NCBI GenBank assembly: GCA_015064315.1
Contig: SVSL01000002.1
Location: forward strand, 7,159 to 71,158
Reading direction: 5' to 3'
DNA length: 64,000 nt
From: Oscillospiraceae bacterium
GTDB taxonomy: Bacteria > Bacillota > Clostridia > Oscillospirales > CAG-272
Part shown: positions 26,745 to 34,560 of the stretch, piece after piece
Position numbering within the stretch: position 1 is the first letter of the stretch
Layout of the letters: each line of letters starts with the position of its first letter
Position numbers and translations under genes: made by a program
The notes under the pieces: generated by a model
Seen by the model: only the letters and a program-made list of their open reading frames with translations
The model's database searches: none
What the model was told of the DNA's origin: nothing

Positions 26745-26789
26745 AAATAGCGTAGCCTTGAAAAGTATTATTTCATGGCTACGCTATTT
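26745..26789 (+). terminator. Long-stem hairpin, a possible terminator
   Basis: 13-bp perfect stem aaatagcgtagcc/ggctacgctattt with a 19-nt loop, followed by a T-rich tail. Confidence 0.4.
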
Positions 26790-26965
26790 CTTTCAAAGAT
26801 CCGTAAAACGTGTAGGGACAGGCGTCCTCGACTGTCCGAGAGCAATGCTTTTTGATGATAAACGTCGGGGTGTCCTTGTTTAATCGTAGGACAAGTTCAC
26901 AATTTGTCTTGTGGGTTAAAAAGACTTATCAACGCTCTGTTGAGCCGGTTTTTCTAATTTGTTTG

Positions 26966-26994
26966 TTTACAATGGCGCTTCTTTGTGTTATAAT
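26966..26994 (+). promoter_or_regulatory. Sigma-A type promoter for the HTH-TPR-GNAT gene
   Basis: TTTACA (26966-26971), a 17-nt spacer, then TGtTATAAT (26986-26994). Confidence 0.55.
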
Positions 26995-27021
26995 GTAATA
27001 AATCAAGGGTAGAGGTGCTAT

Positions 27022-28614
27022 ATGGTAATCAGTGATATCATCAAAGAACGAAGAAAAAAACTGAATATGACGCAAAATCAGCTTGCAGAGATGATTGGTG
27101 TCACTCCTCAAGCTATATCGAAATGGGAAAAAGGAATTGGTTGCCCTGATGTATCTTTACTGGTGGCACTGTCAAAAGCACTTGGAGTGAGTGTGGATAA
27201 TATGCTTGGCGGAGATAGGCGTAACGAACTTGAAAAAGCATGGGAAGAAGCCTGCCGTTTTGGTGAGGAAATCTCACTTCTCTTTGCTGTTGACGCTTTG
27301 GAGGAATTTCCGGAGGATGAGACCTTTTTATATCGTCGCGCTTGTGGTGAATATTTTGTCGGATTAAATTATAACCGGCAGAATGGCAGTAACTTTTATT
27401 TTGAAAAAGCAGAATGCCATTTTAATGAGCTTTTAGAGAAAAATCCGGACAATATCTCATATAAAACTATGCTGGCAGAGGTTTTATTTGCACAAGGAAA
27501 AAAGGAAGAAGCCAAATCTCTTGCTTATGCTTGCAATAATGATGATTTGATTGAAAAATTTAGCGAACCCGAGACAAGGCTACACTTGAAGCAAAAGAAA
27601 ATCAAGCAAAACACGCTGGATCTATACTATAAGCTTCTGGATTATAATACCCGAGAATCCATAACAGCGGCTTACGGCTTGCTTGATATTATTATGGACG
27701 AAGACAAGCAGCTTTACGGAAATTATCGTTCGGAGCTTTGCGTGAAAGATGCATTGCTTTATTTTGACGAGGAAAATTATCAGCGTTATGCCGAAAAGCT
27801 TACCGAGGCTTATGAGATTGCCAAAGCCTATGACAACCTACCTTTTTTTGAATCGTACGCTTATCATAATCCGCTTTTTAACAGCCTTCGTTTGGAGGCA
27901 TTCAGACAAAAAGCAATTGAAGAGCTTCTGAACAGATTTTTGTTTGAAGACAAACTGGCACACAGTTCTTCACTTGCGTTAAGGCGCCGCTTTGCGGATG
28001 AGATTTTTACATATTGTCCGTTGCAAAAATTCAGAGGGCTTGCTTTATATCGCTTTTTTAGAAACTGTATTTCTCAAGGTAGCTACATCAATTTTGGAAC
28101 AGGATGGTACGTGACAGCGGAAGAGTTTTCAAAAAAGATAAAAACTCTTGTTATGAACAGAGCTTACGGACAAGAGCGTTTTATAAAAATGAATAAGGAT
28201 GAGATCGAGCAATTTGTACGGAACGGTGTTATGCGCGGTTATACCGTTATGTTTAGCGAAACTATAGTTGCGTTTTGCCATTGTGTGTCAAAACAAAATT
28301 TCAAAACAAACAACCCGGGATTTTTTGCCGATGAAAAAGTAGGCAAAAAAACTTTGCTTATTGCCGAAACCTTTATAGCGCACAATTTTAGGGGATGCGG
28401 AATTGAAGAAAAATTGATTTCTTTCGCAATTAACGATGCTAAGAAAAACGGATTTACACATATCGAACTTTTTTACATTGAAGGGATTTATCCGAAGGAA
28501 GATCAAGAATATTTGGAGACCAAGTTTGAGCTTTACAAGCGTATGGGATTTTTCGTAATACGCGATTTGTCGGAAGAAGGTAATAAAAAATATATTATGC
28601 AAAAAGAATTATAA
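27022..28614 (+). CDS. HTH (XRE/Cro-C1) - helical repeat (TPR-like) - GNAT acetyltransferase fusion protein
   Basis: The N-terminus MTQNQLAEMIGVTPQAISKWEKG is a canonical XRE HTH. The middle has TPR-like helices (EKAECHFNELLEKNPDNISYKTMLAEVLFAQGKKEEA). The C-terminal 170 aa or so carries a GNAT motif A (FRGCGIEEKLISFAINDAKKNGFTHIEL...LYKRMGF). Confidence 0.75.
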   Translation: MVISDIIKERRKKLNMTQNQLAEMIGVTPQAISKWEKGIGCPDVSLLVALSKALGVSVDNMLGGDRRNELEKAWEEACRFGEEISLLFAVDALEEFPEDETFLYRRACGEYFVGLNYNRQNGSNFYFEKAECHFNELLEKNPDNISYKTMLAEVLFAQGKKEEAKSLAYACNNDDLIEKFSEPETRLHLKQKKIKQNTLDLYYKLLDYNTRESITAAYGLLDIIMDEDKQLYGNYRSELCVKDALLYFDEENYQRYAEKLTEAYEIAKAYDNLPFFESYAYHNPLFNSLRLEAFRQKAIEELLNRFLFEDKLAHSSSLALRRRFADEIFTYCPLQKFRGLALYRFFRNCISQGSYINFGTGWYVTAEEFSKKIKTLVMNRAYGQERFIKMNKDEIEQFVRNGVMRGYTVMFSETIVAFCHCVSKQNFKTNNPGFFADEKVGKKTLLIAETFIAHNFRGCGIEEKLISFAINDAKKNGFTHIELFYIEGIYPKEDQEYLETKFELYKRMGFFVIRDLSEEGNKKYIMQKEL

Positions 28615-28626
28615 GGGTGATGCGGT

Positions 28627-29652
28627 ATGGCAATCAGTGATGTAATAAAAGAACGCAGAAAAAATTTGAACATGACGCAAAGTCAGCTTGCAGAGATGCT
28701 TGGTGTAACTCCTCAAGCTATATCTAAATGGGAAAAAGGTATTGGAAGCCCCGATATTTCTTTCATAGTACCGCTTGCAAACGCTTTGCAGATAAGCACA
28801 GATGTTCTTTTTGAACACAATACTTTGCCAAATTTTAATCTAAAATGGGTGAGTTTGTTCAGAAAATGCACTCTGGGGGAAGCTTCGTGGGAGGAGCTCG
28901 TTGATCTTGATAACGAAATTTTGCAGGATTATCCCTATGATGTAACCGCATTATACCGCAGAGTGCATGATGAGTTGTATGCTGCACGAAGCAAAGAAAA
29001 CGACGAAGAGAAAAAGAAATGGATCTGGCAAGCCGAGGTTCATTGTTCTCAGCTGATTGATAAACATCCTGATTTTGAGGGCGCGATACACAAAATGGTT
29101 GAGATCAAAATGCTGAAAGGAGAAAAGGAGTCGGCAATATTTTGGGCGAATAAATGTAAGTCTCGCGACGATGCAATGAAAATAATTCTTCATGGCGATG
29201 AACTGCGGTTGCACAAACAAAAGCTTATTAACAAAAAGCTTTTGGAGCTGCTTAGAGAAATGACATATCCCGATCTCGGTTCATTGAGGGCGGCAGAGGA
29301 TATCATCAAAGCGGTTTTCTTTGACGAAAATTATCTGTGTTATTATGACAACTTAATGATGATCGAATATAACCGCGCTCTCTATTACGACAAAAGACAA
29401 GATATTGACAACACGATTTTGCACCTGTATAAAGCACTTGATATTGCAAAAGAAAACATGATCAGAGGTCAGGAAAAAGGAATTTTCACGGTGCCTGTAT
29501 TTGATATGCTTTCGATAGAGGATGAGCCTGTGACACTGATTATACAATTATATGATATACTTAGCGCACAGCCCCCCAATTTTGAATTTGCATATAATAC
29601 GGAACAGTATCGAATGCTTTTAGAAGATATAAAATCAGAATATCGCAAATAA
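28627..29652 (+). CDS. HTH (XRE) - TPR-like regulator, tandem paralogue lacking the GNAT domain
   Basis: The first 60 codons or so are near-identical at the DNA level to 27022.. (MTQSQLAEMLGVTPQAISKWEKG). Helical repeats follow. Confidence 0.75.
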   Translation: MAISDVIKERRKNLNMTQSQLAEMLGVTPQAISKWEKGIGSPDISFIVPLANALQISTDVLFEHNTLPNFNLKWVSLFRKCTLGEASWEELVDLDNEILQDYPYDVTALYRRVHDELYAARSKENDEEKKKWIWQAEVHCSQLIDKHPDFEGAIHKMVEIKMLKGEKESAIFWANKCKSRDDAMKIILHGDELRLHKQKLINKKLLELLREMTYPDLGSLRAAEDIIKAVFFDENYLCYYDNLMMIEYNRALYYDKRQDIDNTILHLYKALDIAKENMIRGQEKGIFTVPVFDMLSIEDEPVTLIIQLYDILSAQPPNFEFAYNTEQYRMLLEDIKSEYRK

Positions 29653-29658
29653 AAATAT

Positions 29659-29707
29659 TGGACACATCACCGCGCAATTGCACGTAAATGATGTGTCCAG
29701 CTTTTTT
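29659..29707 (+). terminator. Rho-independent terminator
   Basis: 11-bp stem tggacacatca/tgatgtgtcca followed by gcTTTTTT. Confidence 0.8.
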
Positions 29708-29747
29708 ATTGATTTACTTGTAGGTGCGACCATCGGTCGTCATATTT

Positions 29748-29777
29748 CAAAATCTTTTGAAAATCTTTTGAAAATCT
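29748..29777. repeat. 11-nt direct tandem repeat (GAAAATCTTTT, about 2.7 copies) abutting a -35 box
   Basis: caaaatctttt gaaaatctttt gaaaatct lies directly upstream of TTGACA at 29780. Confidence 0.8.
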
Positions 29778-29779
29778 CA

Positions 29780-29809
29780 TTGACACCGAGCCCTTGTATA
29801 AGGTATAAT
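29780..29809 (+). promoter_or_regulatory. Sigma-A type promoter for the ACP-MBOAT-SGNH operon
   Basis: TTGACA (29780-29785), an 18-nt spacer, then TATAAT (29804-29809). Confidence 0.6.
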
Positions 29810-29840
29810 ATTAAGAGTATATTTGTATAAGGAGTTTATC

Positions 29841-30068
29841 ATGGAACAATTACTGGAAATTTTGTGCCGTATGCATCCCGACGTGGATTTTGAAGCGAAT
29901 GACGACTTGATCGGAGAGGGCGTGTTGGATTCTCTTGACATCGTCACTCTGATCACCGAGATCAACACCACCTTTGACGTATCGATCCCTGCCGAGGAGG
30001 TCATTCCCGAGAATTTCAACAGTGCCGAGGCGATCTTTGCCATGATTCAGCGCTTGGACGAGGAGTAA
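29841..30068 (+). CDS. Acyl/D-alanyl carrier protein (DltC-like)
   Basis: 75 aa, with AAGGAG 8 nt upstream of the ATG. The phosphopantetheine attachment motif is GVLDSLDIVTLI. Confidence 0.75.
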   Translation: MEQLLEILCRMHPDVDFEANDDLIGEGVLDSLDIVTLITEINTTFDVSIPAEEVIPENFNSAEAIFAMIQRLDEE

Positions 30069-30074
30069 TTTTTA

Positions 30075-30245
30075 GGCGTTTCATACGTGAAAGCGTTAGC
30101 CGCTTTTCTCTTTGACACGAAAGGCGCAAAGAGAAAAGCTAACAAAAGAGAAACGCCGAGGATAATTTCGCACTCTGCGGAGTGCGACAAGGGCTCCTCG
30201 CCCTTGACCTCGCGAGCTTTTGAAAAAGCTCGACCAAAACTTTTG
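30075..30245. repeat. Hairpin-array element (copy H2) inside the ACP-MBOAT operon
   Basis: Outer stem ggcgtttc/gaaacgcc (30075-30157) encloses the long stem gttagc-gcttttctcttt / aaagagaaaagc-taac (30095-30143). Then come tcgcactc-tgcg-gagtgcga (30168-30187), aagggc-tcctc-gccctt (30189-30205) and cgagcttt-tgaa-aaagctcg (30213-30232). Confidence 0.6.
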
Positions 30246-30274
30246 GCAACTGACAAGAAAGGAGAATTCGTCAC

Positions 30275-31864
30275 ATGGCGTTTACGTCGGCGTGGTTTTT
30301 GCTGTTTGCGGCATTGACCTTGTTGGTTTATTATCTTGTGCCCAAGCGTGTGCAATGGTGGGTATTGCTGGCGGCAAGCTACGGCTTTTACGCCTATGCC
30401 GGTGCGCATTACCTCCTGTTCATTCTCTTTACCACCCTGGTTTCCTACGTGATCGCGCGGATCATGCAAAGACGTGCCGATGCTGAGGATGCCTTTGTGG
30501 AATCTCACCGCGACACCTTGGAAAAATCCGAGCGAAAGGCATACCGCGCAAAAGAAAAGAAGAAGCGCTTTTCCATTCTGCTTTTGGGCTTGTTCCTGAC
30601 GCTCGGCGTTCTTGCCGTGCTGAAATATACGGGCTTTGTTCTGTCGGGGATCAATTCGATGGTTTCAGCCTTTGGCTATCAGACCTTCTCGGTTCCGTCG
30701 CTCTTGTTGCCCCTTGGAATCTCCTTTTACACCTTCCAAAGCGTGGGGTATCTGATCGACGTTTACCGCAAAAAGGCGAAAGCAGAGAAGAATCTCGCTA
30801 AATTTGCTTTGTTCGTTTCCTTCTTTCCCCAACTGATCCAAGGTCCCATCAGCCGATTCTCGGATCTCGGCGCGCAGCTGTACGCGCCGCACGCCTTTGA
30901 CGGACAAGGTTTTGGAGCCGGGCTTATTCGCGTGGTGTGGGGATACTTTAAAAAGGTTGTGGTTGCCGATACCGCCATGATCGCGGTGCGAACCCTTGTC
31001 ACCGAAAATGTCACCTACAACGGCGTGTACGTATTCTTGCTGATTCTTCTGTATTCGGCACAGATTTACGGCGATTTTACGGGTGGAATTGATATTACCA
31101 TTGGACTTTCCGAGATGATGGGCATTCGCCTTGCCGAAAACTTCAACTGTCCCTTCGCGTCGCGCTCCACCAAGGAATACTGGAGACGCTGGCACATCAC
31201 CATGGGCTCCTGGTTTACCGATTATATCTTCTATCCGCTCTCGGTTACGCCCTCCATGCAAAAGCTCTCCAAGTGGTCACGGGCAAAGCTGGGCGAATCG
31301 GTGGGCAAGAGAATCCCCGTTTATACCGCCACCATTGTGACCTGGTTTCTCACGGGGCTTTGGCACGGCGCAGGCATGAACTTTATTGTTTGGGGACTCC
31401 TCAACTGTCTTGTAATTCTGGTGTCGCAGGAGCTTCAGCCCCTGTATAACCGCTTTCACAAGCGATTTCCCGGCGTGGCGGAGAACAGAGCTTGGATCTT
31501 TTGGCAGTGTGCCAGAACCTTCCTGCTTATGGGACTCATCCGATCTCTTGATTGCTACCGAGACGTACCGCTCACGTTCCGTTTGTGGGGCAGTATGCTC
31601 ACGGCAGGGAACTGGGGCGAGCTTTTCTCGGGAGGACTTCTTTCCTTTGGTCTTTCTGCGGGACATTGGATTCTACTTCTTTCGGCGATTGCTCTGATCT
31701 GCCTTGTCAGTACCCTTGGAAAGGATCAGCCTCTGCGTTACCGTCTTGCCAAGCGACCTTTGCTTCTTTGCCTCTGTGCTTGCGTGCTGGTGATCTTGAT
31801 CCTGATCTTTGGTGCTTACGGCACGGGCTTTGACGCATCCGACTTTATTTACGGTCAGTTCTGA
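30275..31864 (+). CDS. MBOAT family O-acyltransferase (DltB/AlgI-like)
   Basis: 529 aa and polytopic. The conserved MBOAT His region is YWRRWHITMGSWFTDYIFYPL. AAAGGAG SD. Confidence 0.9.
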   Translation: MAFTSAWFLLFAALTLLVYYLVPKRVQWWVLLAASYGFYAYAGAHYLLFILFTTLVSYVIARIMQRRADAEDAFVESHRDTLEKSERKAYRAKEKKKRFSILLLGLFLTLGVLAVLKYTGFVLSGINSMVSAFGYQTFSVPSLLLPLGISFYTFQSVGYLIDVYRKKAKAEKNLAKFALFVSFFPQLIQGPISRFSDLGAQLYAPHAFDGQGFGAGLIRVVWGYFKKVVVADTAMIAVRTLVTENVTYNGVYVFLLILLYSAQIYGDFTGGIDITIGLSEMMGIRLAENFNCPFASRSTKEYWRRWHITMGSWFTDYIFYPLSVTPSMQKLSKWSRAKLGESVGKRIPVYTATIVTWFLTGLWHGAGMNFIVWGLLNCLVILVSQELQPLYNRFHKRFPGVAENRAWIFWQCARTFLLMGLIRSLDCYRDVPLTFRLWGSMLTAGNWGELFSGGLLSFGLSAGHWILLLSAIALICLVSTLGKDQPLRYRLAKRPLLLCLCACVLVILILIFGAYGTGFDASDFIYGQF

Positions 31865-31878
31865 ACATAAGGAAAAAC

Positions 31879-32910
31879 ATGAAGAAAAAAATCATTACGT
31901 TTACAGGCATCCTCTGTATTCTGCTTGCCACCGTGCTTTTGCTTGGCTTTTTGCAGGCACTTCTGATGCCAAAATACATGAGCACCTCGAGAGAGGGGGC
32001 TCTGATTGCCGAATATTACCGCGACGAGTCCTCCCATGACGTTCTGTTCATTGGAGATTGCGAGGTCTACGAAAGCTTTACGCCCCCCACCCTTTGGGAG
32101 GAGTACGGCATTACCTCTTATATCCGCGGAAGCGCTCAGCAGCTCCCGTGGCAGTCCTATTATCTTCTTGAGGACACGCTCCGCTACGAAACACCCAAGG
32201 CGGTGGTCTTTAACGTGCTTGCGCTCAAATACGGCGAGCCCCAGGACGAAGCCTACAATCGCATGACTTTGGATGGCATGAAGTGGTCAATGTCCAAGGT
32301 GAATGCCATCAAGGCTTCCATGACCAAGGATGAGAGCTTTCTCTCCTACGTCTTTCCGCTTCTGCGCTTTCACAGCAGATGGAATGATCTGACAAGAGAG
32401 GATCTTACCTATCTGACCCACCGCGATATCATCTCCCACAACGGATATCTGATGCAAACGGATATCAAGGGGGGAAAATCCGACCGCATAGGAAAACCCT
32501 TGGCGGATTATACCTTGCCGTCTTATTCCATGGAATATCTTGATAAAATGCGCGCGCTTTGCGCCGAAAAGGGCATTGAGCTGATTCTCATCAAAGCTCC
32601 CACCAACGATTGGAAATACTACTGGTACAACGAGTGGGACGAGCAAATTGCCGATTACGCCAAAGAATACGGCTTGTCCTACTACAATTTCATCCCGCTT
32701 TGCGAGGAGATCGGCATTGATTGGCAGACCGACACCTACGACGTGGGAGTGCATCTGAATGTCTTTGGCGCCGAGAAGCTGACCTCTTACTTTGGTAAAA
32801 TCCTTGCCGAAAAGCACGGACTTGCCGATCATCGAGAGGATAACGAGCTCTCTGCGCTTTGGCAAGAAAAGCTGGATGCCTATTACAAAGAAAGGAACTC
32901 TGAATCATGA
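31879..32910 (+). CDS. SGNH/GDSL-like membrane-anchored protein (DltD/AlgX-like partner of MBOAT)
   Basis: N-terminal TM anchor, then HDVLFIGDCEVYESF, a GDS-like block I with Cys in place of Ser. Its position directly downstream of the MBOAT gene supports the assignment. Confidence 0.55.
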   Translation: MKKKIITFTGILCILLATVLLLGFLQALLMPKYMSTSREGALIAEYYRDESSHDVLFIGDCEVYESFTPPTLWEEYGITSYIRGSAQQLPWQSYYLLEDTLRYETPKAVVFNVLALKYGEPQDEAYNRMTLDGMKWSMSKVNAIKASMTKDESFLSYVFPLLRFHSRWNDLTREDLTYLTHRDIISHNGYLMQTDIKGGKSDRIGKPLADYTLPSYSMEYLDKMRALCAEKGIELILIKAPTNDWKYYWYNEWDEQIADYAKEYGLSYYNFIPLCEEIGIDWQTDTYDVGVHLNVFGAEKLTSYFGKILAEKHGLADHREDNELSALWQEKLDAYYKERNSES

Positions 32911-33395
32911 AAAAAATCTTATCTGTTTGCTGCGCGATTCTTCTTTTGATCGGTCTTTTTACGGCTTGTAAGAAGGAGGAAAAGGAAGAACAGAATGCGG
33001 GCGAATACGTTTTCACCGTAGGAGACGTTTCGATTGCCATTGATGCCGATGCGGCGCCGATTTTGGAATCCCTCGGTGCATGGAAGGACTATGCCGAGTC
33101 TCCCTCCTGCGCCTTTGAGGGCATGGACAAGGTCTATACCTATGCGGGCTTTGAGATCGAGACCTACTGCATTGACAATGTGGATTATATCGCCGGTGTG
33201 CGTATTTTGGATGACTCTGTCAAGACAAAGGAGGGAATTACCATTGGAAGCACCAAGGAGGCTTTGAAGGAAGCCTACGGAGAGCCTGCCGAGGAGAGCG
33301 AAACGTCTGTCAGCTACCAATCGGGAAATACCAAGCTTCAATTTTTGCTTCGCGATGGCGCGGTTTGCGATATTCAGTATTTGAAGGTGAATTGA
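32907..33395 (+). CDS. Lipoprotein of unknown function
   Basis: ATGA overlap with the upstream stop. Signal peptide with a lipobox (LIGLFTAC). Confidence 0.65.
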   Translation: MKKILSVCCAILLLIGLFTACKKEEKEEQNAGEYVFTVGDVSIAIDADAAPILESLGAWKDYAESPSCAFEGMDKVYTYAGFEIETYCIDNVDYIAGVRILDDSVKTKEGITIGSTKEALKEAYGEPAEESETSVSYQSGNTKLQFLLRDGAVCDIQYLKVN

Positions 33396-33484
33396 GACAT
33401 TTGAACGGAATCTTCGGGTTCCGTTCTTTTTTGCATAATTCCGCATCCCCTTGAATAATCAATAATAAGATAGGAGGCGCGGTT

Positions 33485-34033
33485 ATGGAGCTTGAGTTTC
33501 TGGAGGTTCACAAGACGGTGCGGCATGGCTATCAGGTGCTGTTGCGGGTGGAGGGGGAGTTGTTTCTTCCCGAGGATTTTTTCAAAATACGGGAATTTTA
33601 CGAGAAGCTTTCAAGTGCCTGCCTTTCTTGGGCGCAGGATCAATACGGAGAAAGGCTGAAAAAAGAGTATTCTGCTTTGGAAAGCACTAAGGAGCGCGCT
33701 CGCTTTCGCACACAAAAATATCGGCTTCGCATTGGGCGTTGCTTTGAGAACGAGAGCTACGTTGCTTTTCTGTGTGAATCGGAGCTGACCGATCAATGGT
33801 CCGGTATGGGAGAGCGATACCGCCGCTCGTCGCAGGTCTGGAACAAATCGGAAGAGAACCAGCTTCCGCCGTCGCAGATTCTGCGTGTCTTTGGACTGCG
33901 CCTTGGCAAAAAGGAGCTTCCGTTTTCACCGGACGGAATTTATCCGGAGGGAGGCGCTTTGGTGATCTTTCGAAACGCTACCGAACGCCTGCCGTTTGCG
34001 GAAAAGAAAATTTCCATTCAAAAGATCGATTGA
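33485..34033 (+). CDS. Hypothetical protein
   Basis: 182-aa ORF with a GGAGG SD and no recognised motif. Confidence 0.5.
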   Translation: MELEFLEVHKTVRHGYQVLLRVEGELFLPEDFFKIREFYEKLSSACLSWAQDQYGERLKKEYSALESTKERARFRTQKYRLRIGRCFENESYVAFLCESELTDQWSGMGERYRRSSQVWNKSEENQLPPSQILRVFGLRLGKKELPFSPDGIYPEGGALVIFRNATERLPFAEKKISIQKID

Positions 34034-34100
34034 ATTTCCTTTACAAACCTCATTTTTTGTGATATAATAAGGATAATGACAGGAAAAGGAGCAAAAAAAC

Positions 34101-34454
34101 ATGAAACTGGAATTTGATAAGATCCCCGTAAAGCATCTGGAGCGCTTCAATGGCGGCGAAAAGGAGCTTGCGGCAAATATGTTTGTGGACGAAAACAACA
34201 AGATCCTGCGCGGTCTTTTGGTGCCCGGCGCGTCCATTGGATACCATCAGCACGCCACCTCCTCCGAGGTTTTTTATATCATCTCGGGATGCGGCAAGGT
34301 GATCTGCAATCCCACCGATTCGGGAATCGAAAATGGCGAGACCGAGCGTCTTGCGGCAGGAGATTGCCATTATTGCCCCAAGGGCGGCTTCCACACCTTG
34401 ATCAATGACGGTGATGAGGATCTGATCTTCTTCGCAGTGGTTCCGCAGCAGTAA
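34101..34454 (+). CDS. Cupin domain protein
   Basis: Cupin motifs GYHQHATSSEVFYIISG and CPKGGFHTLIN. AAGGAG SD. Confidence 0.75.
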   Translation: MKLEFDKIPVKHLERFNGGEKELAANMFVDENNKILRGLLVPGASIGYHQHATSSEVFYIISGCGKVICNPTDSGIENGETERLAAGDCHYCPKGGFHTLINDGDEDLIFFAVVPQQ

Positions 34455-34560
34455 AAAGTGTTTGTTTGGGTTGCCGTTCTTTGCTTTCGTGTTGGTTGAA
34501 ACAGCGTAATACAAAGGAGATTTTCGCAATAAAGCGAAAAAACTCAATAAGGGGGATGTC

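Noticed and set aside
26727-26750. 7-codon micro-ORF (MKQLPIT) followed by a 13-bp-stem hairpin, considered as a signalling pro-peptide for the neighbouring RRNPP-like regulators
   Set aside because: It has no convincing SD and is far too short to carry an export signal. A 7-codon ORF is expected by chance in AT-rich DNA. It is noted only as something to revisit if peptidomics data exist.
23968-26876. Shared 11-mer cgtcggggtgt in the thrS T-box terminator and at about 26866
   Set aside because: Exact 11-mers recur by chance many times in a 64-kb window, and there is no extended similarity around them.
25973-29803. cccttgtgtagaagg (25974) and cccttgtataagg (29791) as direct repeats (att-like) flanking the AT-rich islet
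   Set aside because: The match is only about 11 nt and imperfect. Many such matches are expected by chance in 64 kb, and no integrase is present.
30087-30317. 76-aa ORF (MKALAAFLFDTKGAKRK...) inside the ACP-MBOAT spacer
   Set aside because: It has no SD. It is composed of the arms of the hairpins, so it reads as pseudo-palindromic peptide, and it runs into the MBOAT start out of frame. The RNA or DNA structure explains the sequence better.
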